Source: an uncultured Clostridia bacterium (GTDB taxonomy: Bacteria > Bacillota > Clostridia > Oscillospirales > Acutalibacteraceae). From it: DNA of 57,251 bases. The stretch is from NCBI GenBank assembly GCA_944380795.1, contig CALWIS010000012.1, positions 1 through 57,251 of the forward strand. Direction: 5' to 3'. Positions 1 to 11,082 of this stretch are shown one piece after another. How positions within the stretch are numbered: the stretch's first letter is position 1; every line of letters begins with the position of its first letter. Under the pieces are notes generated by a model, which was not told where the DNA came from, made no database searches, and saw only the letters and a program-made list of their open reading frames with translations. The position numbers and the translations under genes are program-made.

Positions 1-684
1 CTTGTAGGTGTAGTTTTCGCAGTCGTCCCAAAAGTCAGCGGCAACGTGGCGAAGAATGCCTGCGTTGTCATCGAATTGCGCGCCGCAGTTGTTGCAGACA
101 TACTTTTTAACTTCTACAACGTGAGACTGTTCGGGAATCGTCTCAGTGTGTGTTGCCCATACCCATGTGTGGGTGTGGACAGGCTCAGACGGCTGAGTCT
201 CGGCAGGCTCGCTCGGCTCTGGCGTAGGCGTACTGGTATCAGCGGGCTGCGTAGGAGCAGGCGTGGAAGTGGAGCCAGAGTTTCCCGTGGAAGGCTTGCT
301 TGAAGAACTGGAGTTGCCGGAACTGGTGGACGGCTGACTGGACTGAGAAGCACTGCTGTTAGAACCGCTGTTCTGGTTTTTGTTTGCAGAAGAAGTTGTC
401 TTAGAAGCAGAACTGCCGGAATTACTGTTGCTCGTTTCTTTTTTGTTGTCGGCTGTTTTGCCCGTCTCTTTCGTCTCGTCTTTCTTTTTGTCGTCTGTTT
501 CGGATTCCTTTTCTGTTTCGAATTCTTCCTTTTTGGAATCGTCTTCCTTGTCTTTCGTAGATACGGTTGTTTCTGCCTTTGTTTCTGAACTGCTTTCTGT
601 TGTTTTGTCATTTCCGCCGCAGGCAGTCAGCAGGCAGGCTGATAGGCATAGGGCGAAAAGTATACTGACTACTTTCTTCTTCAT
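1..684 (-). CDS. Lipoprotein, 3' end cut by the window edge (signal peptide with lipobox, long S/T/K/E-rich linker, Cys-containing C-terminal part)
   Basis: My own reverse-strand translation from ATG at 684 gives MKKKVVSILFALCLSACLLTAC-GG (lipobox LTAC). The frame stays open to base 1 (228 codons), so it is missing from the ORF track. ORFs 114..611(-) and 380..709(+) are off-frame readings of the same low-complexity DNA. Confidence 0.75.
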   Translation of the reverse strand, partial: MKKKVVSILFALCLSACLLTACGGNDKTTESSSETKAETTVSTKDKEDDSKKEEFETEKESETDDKKKDETKETGKTADNKKETSNSNSGSSASKTTSSANKNQNSGSNSSASQSSQPSTSSGNSSSSSKPSTGNSGSTSTPAPTQPADTSTPTPEPSEPAETQPSEPVHTHTWVWATHTETIPEQSHVVEVKKYVCNNCGAQFDDNAGILRHVAADFWDDCENYTYK

Positions 685-844
685 GGTATCATTCCTTTCC
701 TATTGTTGATTATAGTCATTTCATATAGAAGAAGCAATAGCTAATTAATCATACATATTATAGACAAATATTTGTTAATGTTCAAGCCCTCATTTAGAAA
801 CCATAATAAGTATGAAAAATGGTTTACAGAAAGGGGGGTGTGTC

Positions 845-1045
845 GTGATTTCATATGCGCCACTATGGGAAACAATGAAGAAACGCGGCGTAACCACATA
901 CGCCCTTATCAATAAGCATGGTGTCAGCCCTTATACGGTGACAATGCTGAAAAGGAATCAAAGTATTACCATGAATACACTCGAAAAATTATGTAACATA
1001 CTTGACTGCACGGCAGATGATGTTGTGAAGTTTGAAAAGGACTGA
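845..1045 (+). CDS. Small XRE/Cro-C1 type helix-turn-helix regulator (about 66 aa)
   Basis: ORF 812..1045 contains ISYAPLWETMKKRGVTTYALINKHGVSPYTVTMLKRNQSITMNTLEKLCNILDC. An in-frame GTG at 845 follows a GGGGGG RBS and matches the usual MISY.PLW start of this family. Confidence 0.75.
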   Translation: MISYAPLWETMKKRGVTTYALINKHGVSPYTVTMLKRNQSITMNTLEKLCNILDCTADDVVKFEKD

Positions 1046-1079
1046 TGCAGGGGCGAGAGTTCCTGCATCGGTCTTTTTT
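1044..1079 (+). terminator. Rho-independent terminator after the HTH gene
   Basis: GATGCAGG(1044-1051)/CCTGCATC(1062-1069) stem followed by TTTTTT (1074-1079). Confidence 0.7.
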
Positions 1080-1240
1080 GGGGGAAGTCAAGAGGGGGAA
1101 CGTCTCTTGCAAAATATGGCGAAAAGAGTGAAACGGTCGCTGTATTTTGCTACAGCCATGCCTATGGGATGGCGTGACGGACTCTTGCTGAGATCTTTTG
1201 CAAAGATAGATGAAGCTAGCGGAGTTATGCGATTGGAAGA

Positions 1241-1279
1241 TTGACAAATATTTAACAATCTATTATAATAACTATTGTT
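1241..1279 (+). promoter_or_regulatory. Consensus sigmaA-type promoter with an overlapping inverted repeat (possible ArsR-type operator)
   Basis: TTGACA (1241-1246), 17-nt spacer, TATAAT (1264-1269). The inverted repeat AACAAT (1254-1259)/ATTGTT (1274-1279) brackets the -10. The ArsR-family gene starts about 160 nt downstream. Confidence 0.5.
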
Positions 1280-1436
1280 TATTCCTGCCGGGTATACCTT
1301 TTTGGTATCTGTATTGGAGGAACCTATCTTTGCAAAATATATCCGGGTACCCCATGAGGAAGAAGAAACTTCTGAGGAACAAGAATCTCTTCAGGAGCCA
1401 AGCGTCAATGAAATATAAAGCGGAAAGGAGGTCCTT

Positions 1437-2375
1437 ATGAATTCAGGAAAGGAATCGTTTTCATATAGTTTGTCGGATATTGACGATATGAGTCAAATGG
1501 CAAGGGCGCTTTCGTCTCCTATCCGGTTGGAGATCCTAAAACTGCTCAATGGCAATTCCAGAACGATGAGCGAATTGTCTAAGCTATTATATGTTTCCAT
1601 GTCATCCATCAGTATGCACACAGCCATCCTTAAGGATGCAGGCTTGATTACCATCATCCCCAAGCCCGGAATGCACGGAGCGCAAAAGCTGTGCGGGATT
1701 CGGGCTGGGTTGATTACTTTTGAAATCCAAGAGAAGTCTGAAAAAGAGAAAAAACGCGCTTCTAAGACCTTGGATATCCCCATTGGCCAATATGTCCAAG
1801 CGGAGATTGACGCTCCCTGTGGGCTTGCCAAAGAAAACGGATATATCCAAATGGAGGACACTCCCTACAGCTTTTTCCATCCGGAACACGTGCAGGCACA
1901 GCTGATTTGGTTTACCACAGGGTATTTGCAATACAATATCCTCAATCGGGACCTGCAAAATCTTCCAGTAGAAATGATAAAAATCAGCTTTGAGGTGTGT
2001 GCAGAAGCTCCTGGTTATAATAATGACTGGCCGACCGATATTTTTCTAAAGATCAATGACCGGGAGATCACCACCTTTCGGGTCAAGGGGGACTACGGCG
2101 GGAACCGGGGAATCAACAATCCCTCTTGGTGGAAGGACTCCAACACGCAATATGGCGACCTAGAGATCCTCTCTATTTGCCGGGATGGCACGTACTTGAA
2201 CGGCAATAAGGTTTCAGAGGAGACATTAGCAAGCCTGAATTTGCGGGAAGGCTGGTACTTTTCCCTGACTATAGGAGTAGATCCCAAAAGTGAGCATCCC
2301 GGCGGCATGAACCTGTTTGGAAAAAAGTTTGGAAACTATACTCAAGATATCCGGGTAGAGATCCTATATCAGTGA
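1437..2375 (+). CDS. ArsR/SmtB-family winged-helix regulator with a roughly 200-aa C-terminal domain of unknown function
   Basis: N-terminus ARALSSPIRLEILKLLNGNSRTMSELSKLLYVSMSSISMHTAILKDAGLI is a typical ArsR HTH. RBS GGAAAGGAGG lies upstream. Confidence 0.75.
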   Translation: MNSGKESFSYSLSDIDDMSQMARALSSPIRLEILKLLNGNSRTMSELSKLLYVSMSSISMHTAILKDAGLITIIPKPGMHGAQKLCGIRAGLITFEIQEKSEKEKKRASKTLDIPIGQYVQAEIDAPCGLAKENGYIQMEDTPYSFFHPEHVQAQLIWFTTGYLQYNILNRDLQNLPVEMIKISFEVCAEAPGYNNDWPTDIFLKINDREITTFRVKGDYGGNRGINNPSWWKDSNTQYGDLEILSICRDGTYLNGNKVSEETLASLNLREGWYFSLTIGVDPKSEHPGGMNLFGKKFGNYTQDIRVEILYQ

Positions 2376-2392
2376 GGAAAGGCTTTCCAACA

Positions 2393-2440
2393 AAATAGCA
2401 AAAGGCTGGTTCCCAGAAAAGGGACCAGCCTTTGCTATTT
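2393..2440. terminator. Bidirectional terminator between convergent genes
   Basis: AAATAGCAAAAGGCTGGTTCCC / GGGACCAGCCTTTGCTATTT long stem, with A-rich and T-rich flanks on either side. Confidence 0.7.
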
Positions 2441-2443
2441 CTG

Positions 2444-3985
2444 TTAAGGACAGGAGATGGTTTCTGTAGATGCAGTGAGCAGGGAAGAGAATTTTTCTCC
2501 ATCCGGACAAAACACTAGGGGTATCAGCAAGGGTGCGGCGCGTCCTGTGAGAGTGAATTCCGCTATGGCCCGGATCACCGTGCGAGGCATTTGTGAAAAC
2601 AGAAATTCCACCTGTATTTCATTTTGGTTTCGGAACCAAACCCCCTCTGGAAGATGGAGCTGGCCATCTGCACACGGGAGCACCTGGGCATCCTCTGCAT
2701 AGATGTGCAGGTGCAGGTTTTCAGAAGTCTTGGATCGGTTGTGAACAAGAAAGCGCACTTGTTTGCGGCATCCAGGCCAGATGCCGGGGCCATCCTGATA
2801 CTCCACATCAATATCAAAATCCCGGAAGCGGTAACGGGAGACCTGCTCTCCACGATAGAGTTCCAGATCTTTTGGGCAACACAGAGGAAAATCGGAGATA
2901 GTGGTGTCTGTTTCGGTGAGCGAAAAATCGGCTCCATGGAGATCCATGGCTTGGAGCATCAGCTTTTCCAGTCGGCTCTGCAGCTGGAAAATATCCTTGG
3001 GCAGCTGGCTTCCCAAGTTCCCCAGCTCACCAAGATTTAAGCAGGCGGTGTTTAGCGTAGTGCCCACCGGTTTCGCCCATTCCTCGGGGATACCGTCGAT
3101 ACCGTATACGATTCCCAATAGCGCCCCCGCAGTAGCAGCCGTGCAATCCGTATCTTCCCCGCAGTTAACGGCGATGCAGATGGTCTTCCCAAAATCGCCT
3201 TGACCATACAGCAGGGCGGTAGTGACCAAAGCAACATTGGACGGTGCTTCCCAGCCTACTCGTCCGTTCACGAGACCCTTTTTCTCATCCTCTGGGGAAA
3301 CCGTAAAAATAAATCCGCCTAAAAAATTCCGTAAGATCTCCTCACGTGCCTGCTCCCAAGAAACACCGCTGTCATACAGCTTCTGAGAGAGACGAACCGC
3401 TTGGGAAACGGCACAGTCCTCCGGTAAGTAGGAAAGGCCGATGTCCATGAGGCGGCGAAGATCCGACTCTACAAAAGCAGCGCTTTCCATGGCCGCACAG
3501 AATATTTCCGCATATAAGCCTTCCCCTTCACCATGGTCCACCAAGGCATCCTCATATGCGTATTGCACCGCAATATCTGGGCGTCCGGGGGCCATACATG
3601 CCCAAATTTCCGAACGGATATACGCACCACAGCTATCTTTATAGGGATTGTGGAACGTTCCGCTGAAAGGAGGTTCCAATCCCCGCAGCAGGTTCATTTT
3701 GCAGTTGCCATATTCCGCCCAGTAGGGGGTGATATAGTGGGTCCAGTAATCCCCCAGACATTTAGCGTCGATATTTACCCCTTGCTCCTCCATGGCCACA
3801 AGCCACACCAGCTGTAAATCCATGTCGTCATTAGGCAGAGGGGCCCCGCTCAGGTCGTGGACATAGGCGGAAACATGATTCACACGGCGGTGCCATTCAT
3901 CCCGCATTCCCAATGTGCCACCGGCGTTTTTTCCTAAAAAGCATCCCAGCACCCGACGGCGATATTCCTCCTTTGCATACTTCAT
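2444..3985 (-). CDS. ADP-ribosylglycohydrolase family protein with a C-terminal extension
   Basis: 513-aa ORF. The motifs GKNAGGTLG, DDMDLQL and GEDTDCTAATAGALLGIVYG are typical of the DraG/ARH fold family. Confidence 0.8.
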   Translation of the reverse strand: MKYAKEEYRRRVLGCFLGKNAGGTLGMRDEWHRRVNHVSAYVHDLSGAPLPNDDMDLQLVWLVAMEEQGVNIDAKCLGDYWTHYITPYWAEYGNCKMNLLRGLEPPFSGTFHNPYKDSCGAYIRSEIWACMAPGRPDIAVQYAYEDALVDHGEGEGLYAEIFCAAMESAAFVESDLRRLMDIGLSYLPEDCAVSQAVRLSQKLYDSGVSWEQAREEILRNFLGGFIFTVSPEDEKKGLVNGRVGWEAPSNVALVTTALLYGQGDFGKTICIAVNCGEDTDCTAATAGALLGIVYGIDGIPEEWAKPVGTTLNTACLNLGELGNLGSQLPKDIFQLQSRLEKLMLQAMDLHGADFSLTETDTTISDFPLCCPKDLELYRGEQVSRYRFRDFDIDVEYQDGPGIWPGCRKQVRFLVHNRSKTSENLHLHIYAEDAQVLPCADGQLHLPEGVWFRNQNEIQVEFLFSQMPRTVIRAIAEFTLTGRAAPLLIPLVFCPDGEKFSSLLTASTETISCP

Positions 3986-4133
3986 ACAAAATCAACTCCC
4001 CAAAATGATTTGGCCTTTGCCACCTTCATTATAAAGCGGTACCATTCCTATGTAAATGGCTTTTTATCACTTTTGCAATCCTGTAGACCAAAGGCGAAAA
4101 GCTTCCAAATAAGAAGAAAGAATGCAGGAAAAA

Positions 4134-5282
4134 TTATACCTTCCCTTTATAACCGGGTAGATTTTTTATCATGGAAAATACTCGAAAGGCGGCATCGGAA
4201 TAAAGCGTCTCTGCCTGAGAAAAGGCCTCGTCCAATGCCATGCAGCGGTTAACGGTGGTAATCACACCGGTAAGCCCCTGCTGCAAAAGGGATTCGTAGC
4301 CCTCCCCTAAAGAGCCAACAATAGCCATTGTGGGAACTTGGGCCTTAGCACAGTGCTTTACTACGCCGGAAATTACCTTTCCCCGGGGGGATTGGCTATC
4401 CATGCGTCCTTCTCCGGTGATGACCCAATCAGTTCCTTGCAGAATATGATCAAAGTCCAGTAGGCGCAGCACCGTTTCCACGCCGGAAGAAAGCTCTGCG
4501 CCTAAAAAGGCCAGCAGGGCAAACCCTAATCCGCCGGCAGCACCTGCCCCAGGGAGAAGGCTGCAATCCTTTCCCAATGTTTGTGTGGTGATTTTGGCAT
4601 AGTGATCCATTCCTTTTTCCAGCCGCTGTACTGCTTGCTCATCCGCCCCTTTTTGGGGAGCAAATACAGTTGCCGCACCGCTAGGCCCCAGCAGGGGATT
4701 ATCCACATCGCACAGCACATGGAACCGGGTCTCTCGTATTTGGGGCAGCAGCCCAGAAAGATCTATCCGATGTACTTTTCCAAGGGAGGCTCCAATCCCG
4801 GGGAGTGGTTGGTTGTCCTTATCTAAAAACACCGCTCCCAAAGCGCATAGGGCTCCCATGCCGCCGTCATTGGTGGCGCTGCCGCCAATGGCCAGATAGA
4901 GGTCTCGGCAGCCTTTTTTTAAGGCGTGGGCGATCAGTTCACCAGTGCCAAAGGTTGTGGTCTGTTCTGGGTCTTGTTGCTCTTTGGGCAGCAAGGGTAG
5001 ACCGGAAGCCTGAGCCATCTCAATGATGGCCCCACCTTGGGGTAAAAGGCCATAGCTGGCAGAAATCGGCTGAAAGCGTGGGTTCTGAACAATGAGGGTC
5101 TCCCGGCTGCCCTGTAAAGCTTCCAACAGCGCATCCATAGTGCCTTCTCCACCATCGGCCATAGGTAATCCCACAGTTTCACAGCCGGGAAATATCCGGC
5201 GGGCTTCTTGTTCCAGTAACGAAATAATTTGACGGGAACTCAGGGAGCCTTTAAAGGAATCGGATGCAAAGACAAATTTCAA
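4134..5282 (-). CDS. glxK: Glycerate kinase
   Basis: 382-aa ORF. MKFVFASDSFKGSLSS at the N-terminus, MADGGEGT and GGSATNDGGMG are hallmark glycerate kinase motifs. Confidence 0.85.
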   Translation of the reverse strand: MKFVFASDSFKGSLSSRQIISLLEQEARRIFPGCETVGLPMADGGEGTMDALLEALQGSRETLIVQNPRFQPISASYGLLPQGGAIIEMAQASGLPLLPKEQQDPEQTTTFGTGELIAHALKKGCRDLYLAIGGSATNDGGMGALCALGAVFLDKDNQPLPGIGASLGKVHRIDLSGLLPQIRETRFHVLCDVDNPLLGPSGAATVFAPQKGADEQAVQRLEKGMDHYAKITTQTLGKDCSLLPGAGAAGGLGFALLAFLGAELSSGVETVLRLLDFDHILQGTDWVITGEGRMDSQSPRGKVISGVVKHCAKAQVPTMAIVGSLGEGYESLLQQGLTGVITTVNRCMALDEAFSQAETLYSDAAFRVFSMIKNLPGYKGKV

Positions 5283-5462
5283 GCAGTATCCCTCCTATAT
5301 CCGAGACTGTTTTTTTCAGTATATCGCGGCAGCGGAGCAAAGGCAAGGGATATGGCTTCTCCTAAAAGCAGTTGTCTTCACAAGAAAAACCGATTATACT
5401 GAAAAGGAAACCACCGATCCCGCAAAAGGCGGGATGATACCAAACATAAAGGGGAGAAGTTG

Positions 5463-6971
5463 ATGAAGCAGACAGTGGAACAATGGGGAATGTGGGAAAT
5501 CACGATCCATGGCCCCCAGAAAGGGAATCCCTTTACGGATTTCCGGCTTCAGGGCATTTTCACAGGAAAAAATGAGGAGATAACTGTCGATGGATTTTAT
5601 GATGGGGAAGGGATGTATAAAGTCCGGTTTATGCCCTCTTTTTTAGGAGAATACACTTATCGTACCCAAGGGAACTTTCCAGAAGCTAAGACACAGGGGA
5701 GTTTTACCGTCATTCCTCCAAGCGCAGGGAACCATGGCCCGGTACGAGTGGCAGGAGGTTTTCACTTTGCCTATGAGGACGGCACACCCTATTATTCTGT
5801 GGGCACCACCTGCTATGTATGGACTCATCAGCCGGAGGAGATCCGGCAGCAGACATTGAACGAGCTTTCTAAAGGCTATTTTAATAAAATACGATTCTGC
5901 ATTTTCCCAAAACACTATATCCATAATTTCCGAGATCCGGAAACCTTTCCGTATGAGGGAACTCCGGTGGATAATTCCGGCCTCACGGAGGAGAACTTTA
6001 CCTATTCAGTGGATTTTTCAGGGAATCAATGGGATTTTACCCGTTTTTGCCCGGAGCATTTTCGGCGCATCGACCGGGCTATAGAGGAGCTTCGGGACAG
6101 AGGGTTGGAGGCGGATATCATTGTCATGCATCCTTATGATCGCTGGGGATTTTCTGATATGGGACGAAAGGCCGATGACCTGTACTGGAATTATGTAACA
6201 GCCCGATATTCGGCTTATCGGAATGTGTGGTGGAGCTTGGCCAACGAGTATGATTTGATGAAAGCCAAAACCTTGGAGGATTGGGAGCACTATGCCTCCA
6301 TCCTGTGTGAAAAGGACCCCTACCACCATCTGCGTTCTATCCATAACTGCGTACAGTTTTATGATTTTGCCCGGCCTTGGGTCACCCATTGCAGCTTGCA
6401 GAGGCAGGGTTTGTACCGCCATGTAGAGTATACCGACGAATTGCGGCAGCGTTACGGAAAACCGGTGGTGTGGGATGAGATTGCTTATGAAGGGAATCTC
6501 GATATGGGCTGGGGTAATATCTCCGCTCAGGAGCTGACCCGCCGGTTTTGGGAAGCCTCTCTCCGGGGCGGTTATGCAGGGCATGGGGAAACTTATCTGC
6601 ATCCTCAAGATATTCTTTGGTGGAGCCATGGCGGTACCCTCCATGGGGAAAGCCCGGCCCGTATTCGTTTTCTTCATCAAATTCTATGTGAAACTCCGGG
6701 CCTGGGACTTCGCCGAGGCTCTGGGGAGTTTGATGAAATAGTAGGGGTGCCGGATAGCCCTACAGTGGCTGATGGGAGCTATGAAATCCACTATTATGGT
6801 TTTGGCAGACCTTCCTTCCGGGAGTTCCGCAAGGCGCCGGAAGCCCAGTACCTTGCAGAAGTCATTGATACTTGGGAGATGACGGTGACGCAGGTAGGAG
6901 TTTATAGCGGAAAATTCCGTATTCCTTTGCCAGGCAAAGAATATATGGCCATCCGACTCCAAAAATTATGA
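5463..6971 (+). CDS. DUF5060/DUF4038-type putative glycoside hydrolase
   Basis: The N-terminal beta-sandwich-like segment (WEITIHGPQKGNPF...VDGFYDGEGMYKVRFMPSFLGEYTY) and the TIM-like remainder match that family as I recall it. ATG at 5463 lies 7 nt after AGGGGAG. Promoter-like TTGTCT-17-TATACT sits at 5372-5400. Confidence 0.6.
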   Translation: MKQTVEQWGMWEITIHGPQKGNPFTDFRLQGIFTGKNEEITVDGFYDGEGMYKVRFMPSFLGEYTYRTQGNFPEAKTQGSFTVIPPSAGNHGPVRVAGGFHFAYEDGTPYYSVGTTCYVWTHQPEEIRQQTLNELSKGYFNKIRFCIFPKHYIHNFRDPETFPYEGTPVDNSGLTEENFTYSVDFSGNQWDFTRFCPEHFRRIDRAIEELRDRGLEADIIVMHPYDRWGFSDMGRKADDLYWNYVTARYSAYRNVWWSLANEYDLMKAKTLEDWEHYASILCEKDPYHHLRSIHNCVQFYDFARPWVTHCSLQRQGLYRHVEYTDELRQRYGKPVVWDEIAYEGNLDMGWGNISAQELTRRFWEASLRGGYAGHGETYLHPQDILWWSHGGTLHGESPARIRFLHQILCETPGLGLRRGSGEFDEIVGVPDSPTVADGSYEIHYYGFGRPSFREFRKAPEAQYLAEVIDTWEMTVTQVGVYSGKFRIPLPGKEYMAIRLQKL

Positions 6972-7027
6972 TGTAAGAAAGTTTGCTTTTGAGTTTTTTG
7001 TACATATTAAAACTAAATATAAAATAA

Positions 7028-7083
7028 CGATGCCCCTCCCAGTTCCATCTGCTAATACAGTGTGGAACCGGGAGGGGCATCGT
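7028..7083 (-). terminator. Long hairpin, probable terminator for glnN
   Basis: 21-bp stem with one mismatch: ACGATGCCCCTCCCAGTTCCA (7028-7048) / TGGAACCGGGAGGGGCATCGT (7063-7083). A T-rich tract follows only on the minus strand (7015-7027). Confidence 0.45.
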
Positions 7084-7255
7084 CTTGCGCCGAACCGGAC
7101 AGGAACTTCCCCAATAGGTAAGGAATAATAGGTAGAACAGAGAGATTTTTGCTTAGAAATACAAAGGAATTGTTGAAGAGAGATTTATAAATGATAAAAG
7201 AAGTTGTAAGGGAATAAAAGGGGGAGTTTCTGCCAGAATCACAGCGTTCCTGCCC

Positions 7256-9331
<2,076 letters not shown>

Positions 9332-9376
9332 ATTGAAAACTCCAATCTGCCGGAGAACGGCGGGTATTTTCGGGAA

Positions 9377-10384
9377 TCACAACAGGGGGATACCGGCTTT
9401 CTCGCAGCCAGCGCGGGTTTCTTCATCCCACAGGGAAGATTGGACTTCTCCAATGTGGGCTTTGCCCAGCAGCAGCATACACAGCCGGGACTGGCCAATG
9501 CCTCCGCCCATGGTCAGAGGCAAAGTGCCGTCGGCTACCATCTTGTGGAAGGGCAGGGAAGCGCGTTCTTCACAGCCTGCCTCTGCCAGCTGAGATTTTA
9601 GAGACTCGGCATCTACCCGGATACCCATGGAGGACAGTTCAAAAGCACACTCCAGCACGGGGTTCCAGAACATCAGGTCGCCGTTGAGCTTCCAGTCATC
9701 GTAGTCGGGAGCGCGGCCGTCGTGACGCTGACCGGAACGCAGCTTGCCGCCAATCTCCATAATAAATGCGGTGGGATGCTCCCGCAGGCAGGCGTTCTCC
9801 CTCTCTCTGGGGGAAAGCTCGGGGTACTGGTCTTCCAGCTCCTGGGTGGTGACAAAGTAAACTTCGGGAGAAAGGGTCAGGGTCACAGCGGGAAACTGCT
9901 TTTTAAGGGCTTCCAGCGTGCTGCATACTGCCTTGGCAATGAGCTGCACGGTGAGCTTCAAGGTGTCTCGGCTACGGATAGCGGAGGTAATCACCTTTTC
10001 CCAATCCCACTGGTCCACATAAATGGAGTGGAGGTTGTCGGGCTCTTCATCGCGACGGATAGCGTTCATATCGGTGTACAGCCCTTCTCCGGCGGGGAAC
10101 CCATAGCGGTATAAGGCGTAGCGCTTCCATTTTGCCAGAGAGTGCACCACCTGGGCGTCGATCCCCAGTGCGGGAATATCAAAGGCTACCGGACGTTCTA
10201 CGCCGTTGAGATCATCGTTGAGGCCGGTAGTGGGATCTACAAACAGAGGAGCCGTGACGCGCTTCAGGTTCAGGGCAGCGGAAAGCTGCTTCTGAAACTC
10301 GGCTTTGATCAAACCAATGGCTTCCTGGGTCTGGTACAGGCCCAGTGTGGGGGCGTATCCTTGGGGAACAATCAGCTTGCTCAT
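9377..10384 (-). CDS. asnA: Aspartate--ammonia ligase (asparagine synthetase A)
   Basis: 335-aa ORF with an AsnA-like N-terminus (QTQEAIGLIKAEFQKQLSAALNLKRVTAPLFV) and a class-II aaRS-like core. Confidence 0.9.
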   Translation of the reverse strand: MSKLIVPQGYAPTLGLYQTQEAIGLIKAEFQKQLSAALNLKRVTAPLFVDPTTGLNDDLNGVERPVAFDIPALGIDAQVVHSLAKWKRYALYRYGFPAGEGLYTDMNAIRRDEEPDNLHSIYVDQWDWEKVITSAIRSRDTLKLTVQLIAKAVCSTLEALKKQFPAVTLTLSPEVYFVTTQELEDQYPELSPRERENACLREHPTAFIMEIGGKLRSGQRHDGRAPDYDDWKLNGDLMFWNPVLECAFELSSMGIRVDAESLKSQLAEAGCEERASLPFHKMVADGTLPLTMGGGIGQSRLCMLLLGKAHIGEVQSSLWDEETRAGCEKAGIPLL

Positions 10385-10430
10385 AATTCGTCATCCTTTT
10401 CTCAATAGTTTTTGATAGAGCTATGTATAT

Positions 10431-10483
10431 GAAAAAAGCGCAGAAGAGAAAACTATCCCGTTTTCTCCTCAGCGCCTTTGCTG
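10431..10483 (-). promoter_or_regulatory. Intercistronic terminator/antiterminator switch upstream of asnA (AAAGGC hexaloop hairpin)
   Basis: Minus strand just after the ANTAR stop reads CAGC[AAAGGC]GCTG (10483-10470). GCGCTGAGGAGAAAAC (10475-10460) pairs imperfectly with TTTTCTCTTCTGCGC (10452-10438), and TTTTTT follows (10437-10432). The inner 8-bp hairpin has hexaloop GGGATA. Confidence 0.55.
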
Positions 10484-10487
10484 CGGA

Positions 10488-11051
10488 TTATTCATGATAC
10501 TGTTTTAAGATCTCCATAGCCGCCTCACGGCGGGTGATGCGCAGGTTCATGGCCCGACGCTCAATAAGGTGGTGGGCTTCGTCCTCCGTCATTTGGCCTC
10601 CGCGCACCAGCGCGCATTTGGCTCGGGAGACGATACGCATATCGTCCAGCTTTTGCAGAAGCTTGCGGTTTTGTTCTTCCAGCTTTCGGAGCTGCCTGCG
10701 GCAGCTTTGGATCAGCCGCACCGACTGACAAAATGCGGCGGAGGAAACCGGCTTGGAGAGGACGAAGATCCCCAGTTCTTCCGCCCCGGCGGCAATTTTA
10801 TCCGCCTGCGCTGCCGGAACCAGCATAACGACTCCGGCCTGAGTGCGGTCAATGCAGCTTAAAGCCAGTTCCCGACCAAATTCATCGGGCAGGGGAGCGT
10901 TGATGAGGATCAGTTCAAAGGAGAATTGCCCAATCTGCTGCCGGGCTTCTCCGGCGCTGAAGGCAAAACGGAGGGAGCCGCATCCACAGCCGTTCAACAG
11001 TGAACGGAGGACATCGCAGCTTTTCCGGCTGCTGACTACCAGCGTATGCAT
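10488..11051 (-). CDS. ANTAR-domain RNA-binding antiterminator with a pseudo-receiver domain
   Basis: The C-terminus (IVSRAKCALVRGGQMTEDEAHHLIERRAMNLRITRREAAMEIL) is a typical ANTAR three-helix domain after a coiled coil. The N-terminal REC-like fold has SS in place of the acidic pair and N in place of the phospho-acceptor Asp (ELILINAPLP). Confidence 0.85.
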   Translation of the reverse strand: MHTLVVSSRKSCDVLRSLLNGCGCGSLRFAFSAGEARQQIGQFSFELILINAPLPDEFGRELALSCIDRTQAGVVMLVPAAQADKIAAGAEELGIFVLSKPVSSAAFCQSVRLIQSCRRQLRKLEEQNRKLLQKLDDMRIVSRAKCALVRGGQMTEDEAHHLIERRAMNLRITRREAAMEILKQYHE

Positions 11052-11082
11052 ACATCATCGCCCCTTCTCCCGAAATTGAAAG

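Noticed and set aside
7084-7255. Purine-rich (AG-rich) 170-nt spacer between the glnN stop and its distal hairpin.
   Set aside because: I could find no repeat unit, ORF or conserved motif. It is probably just 3' UTR.
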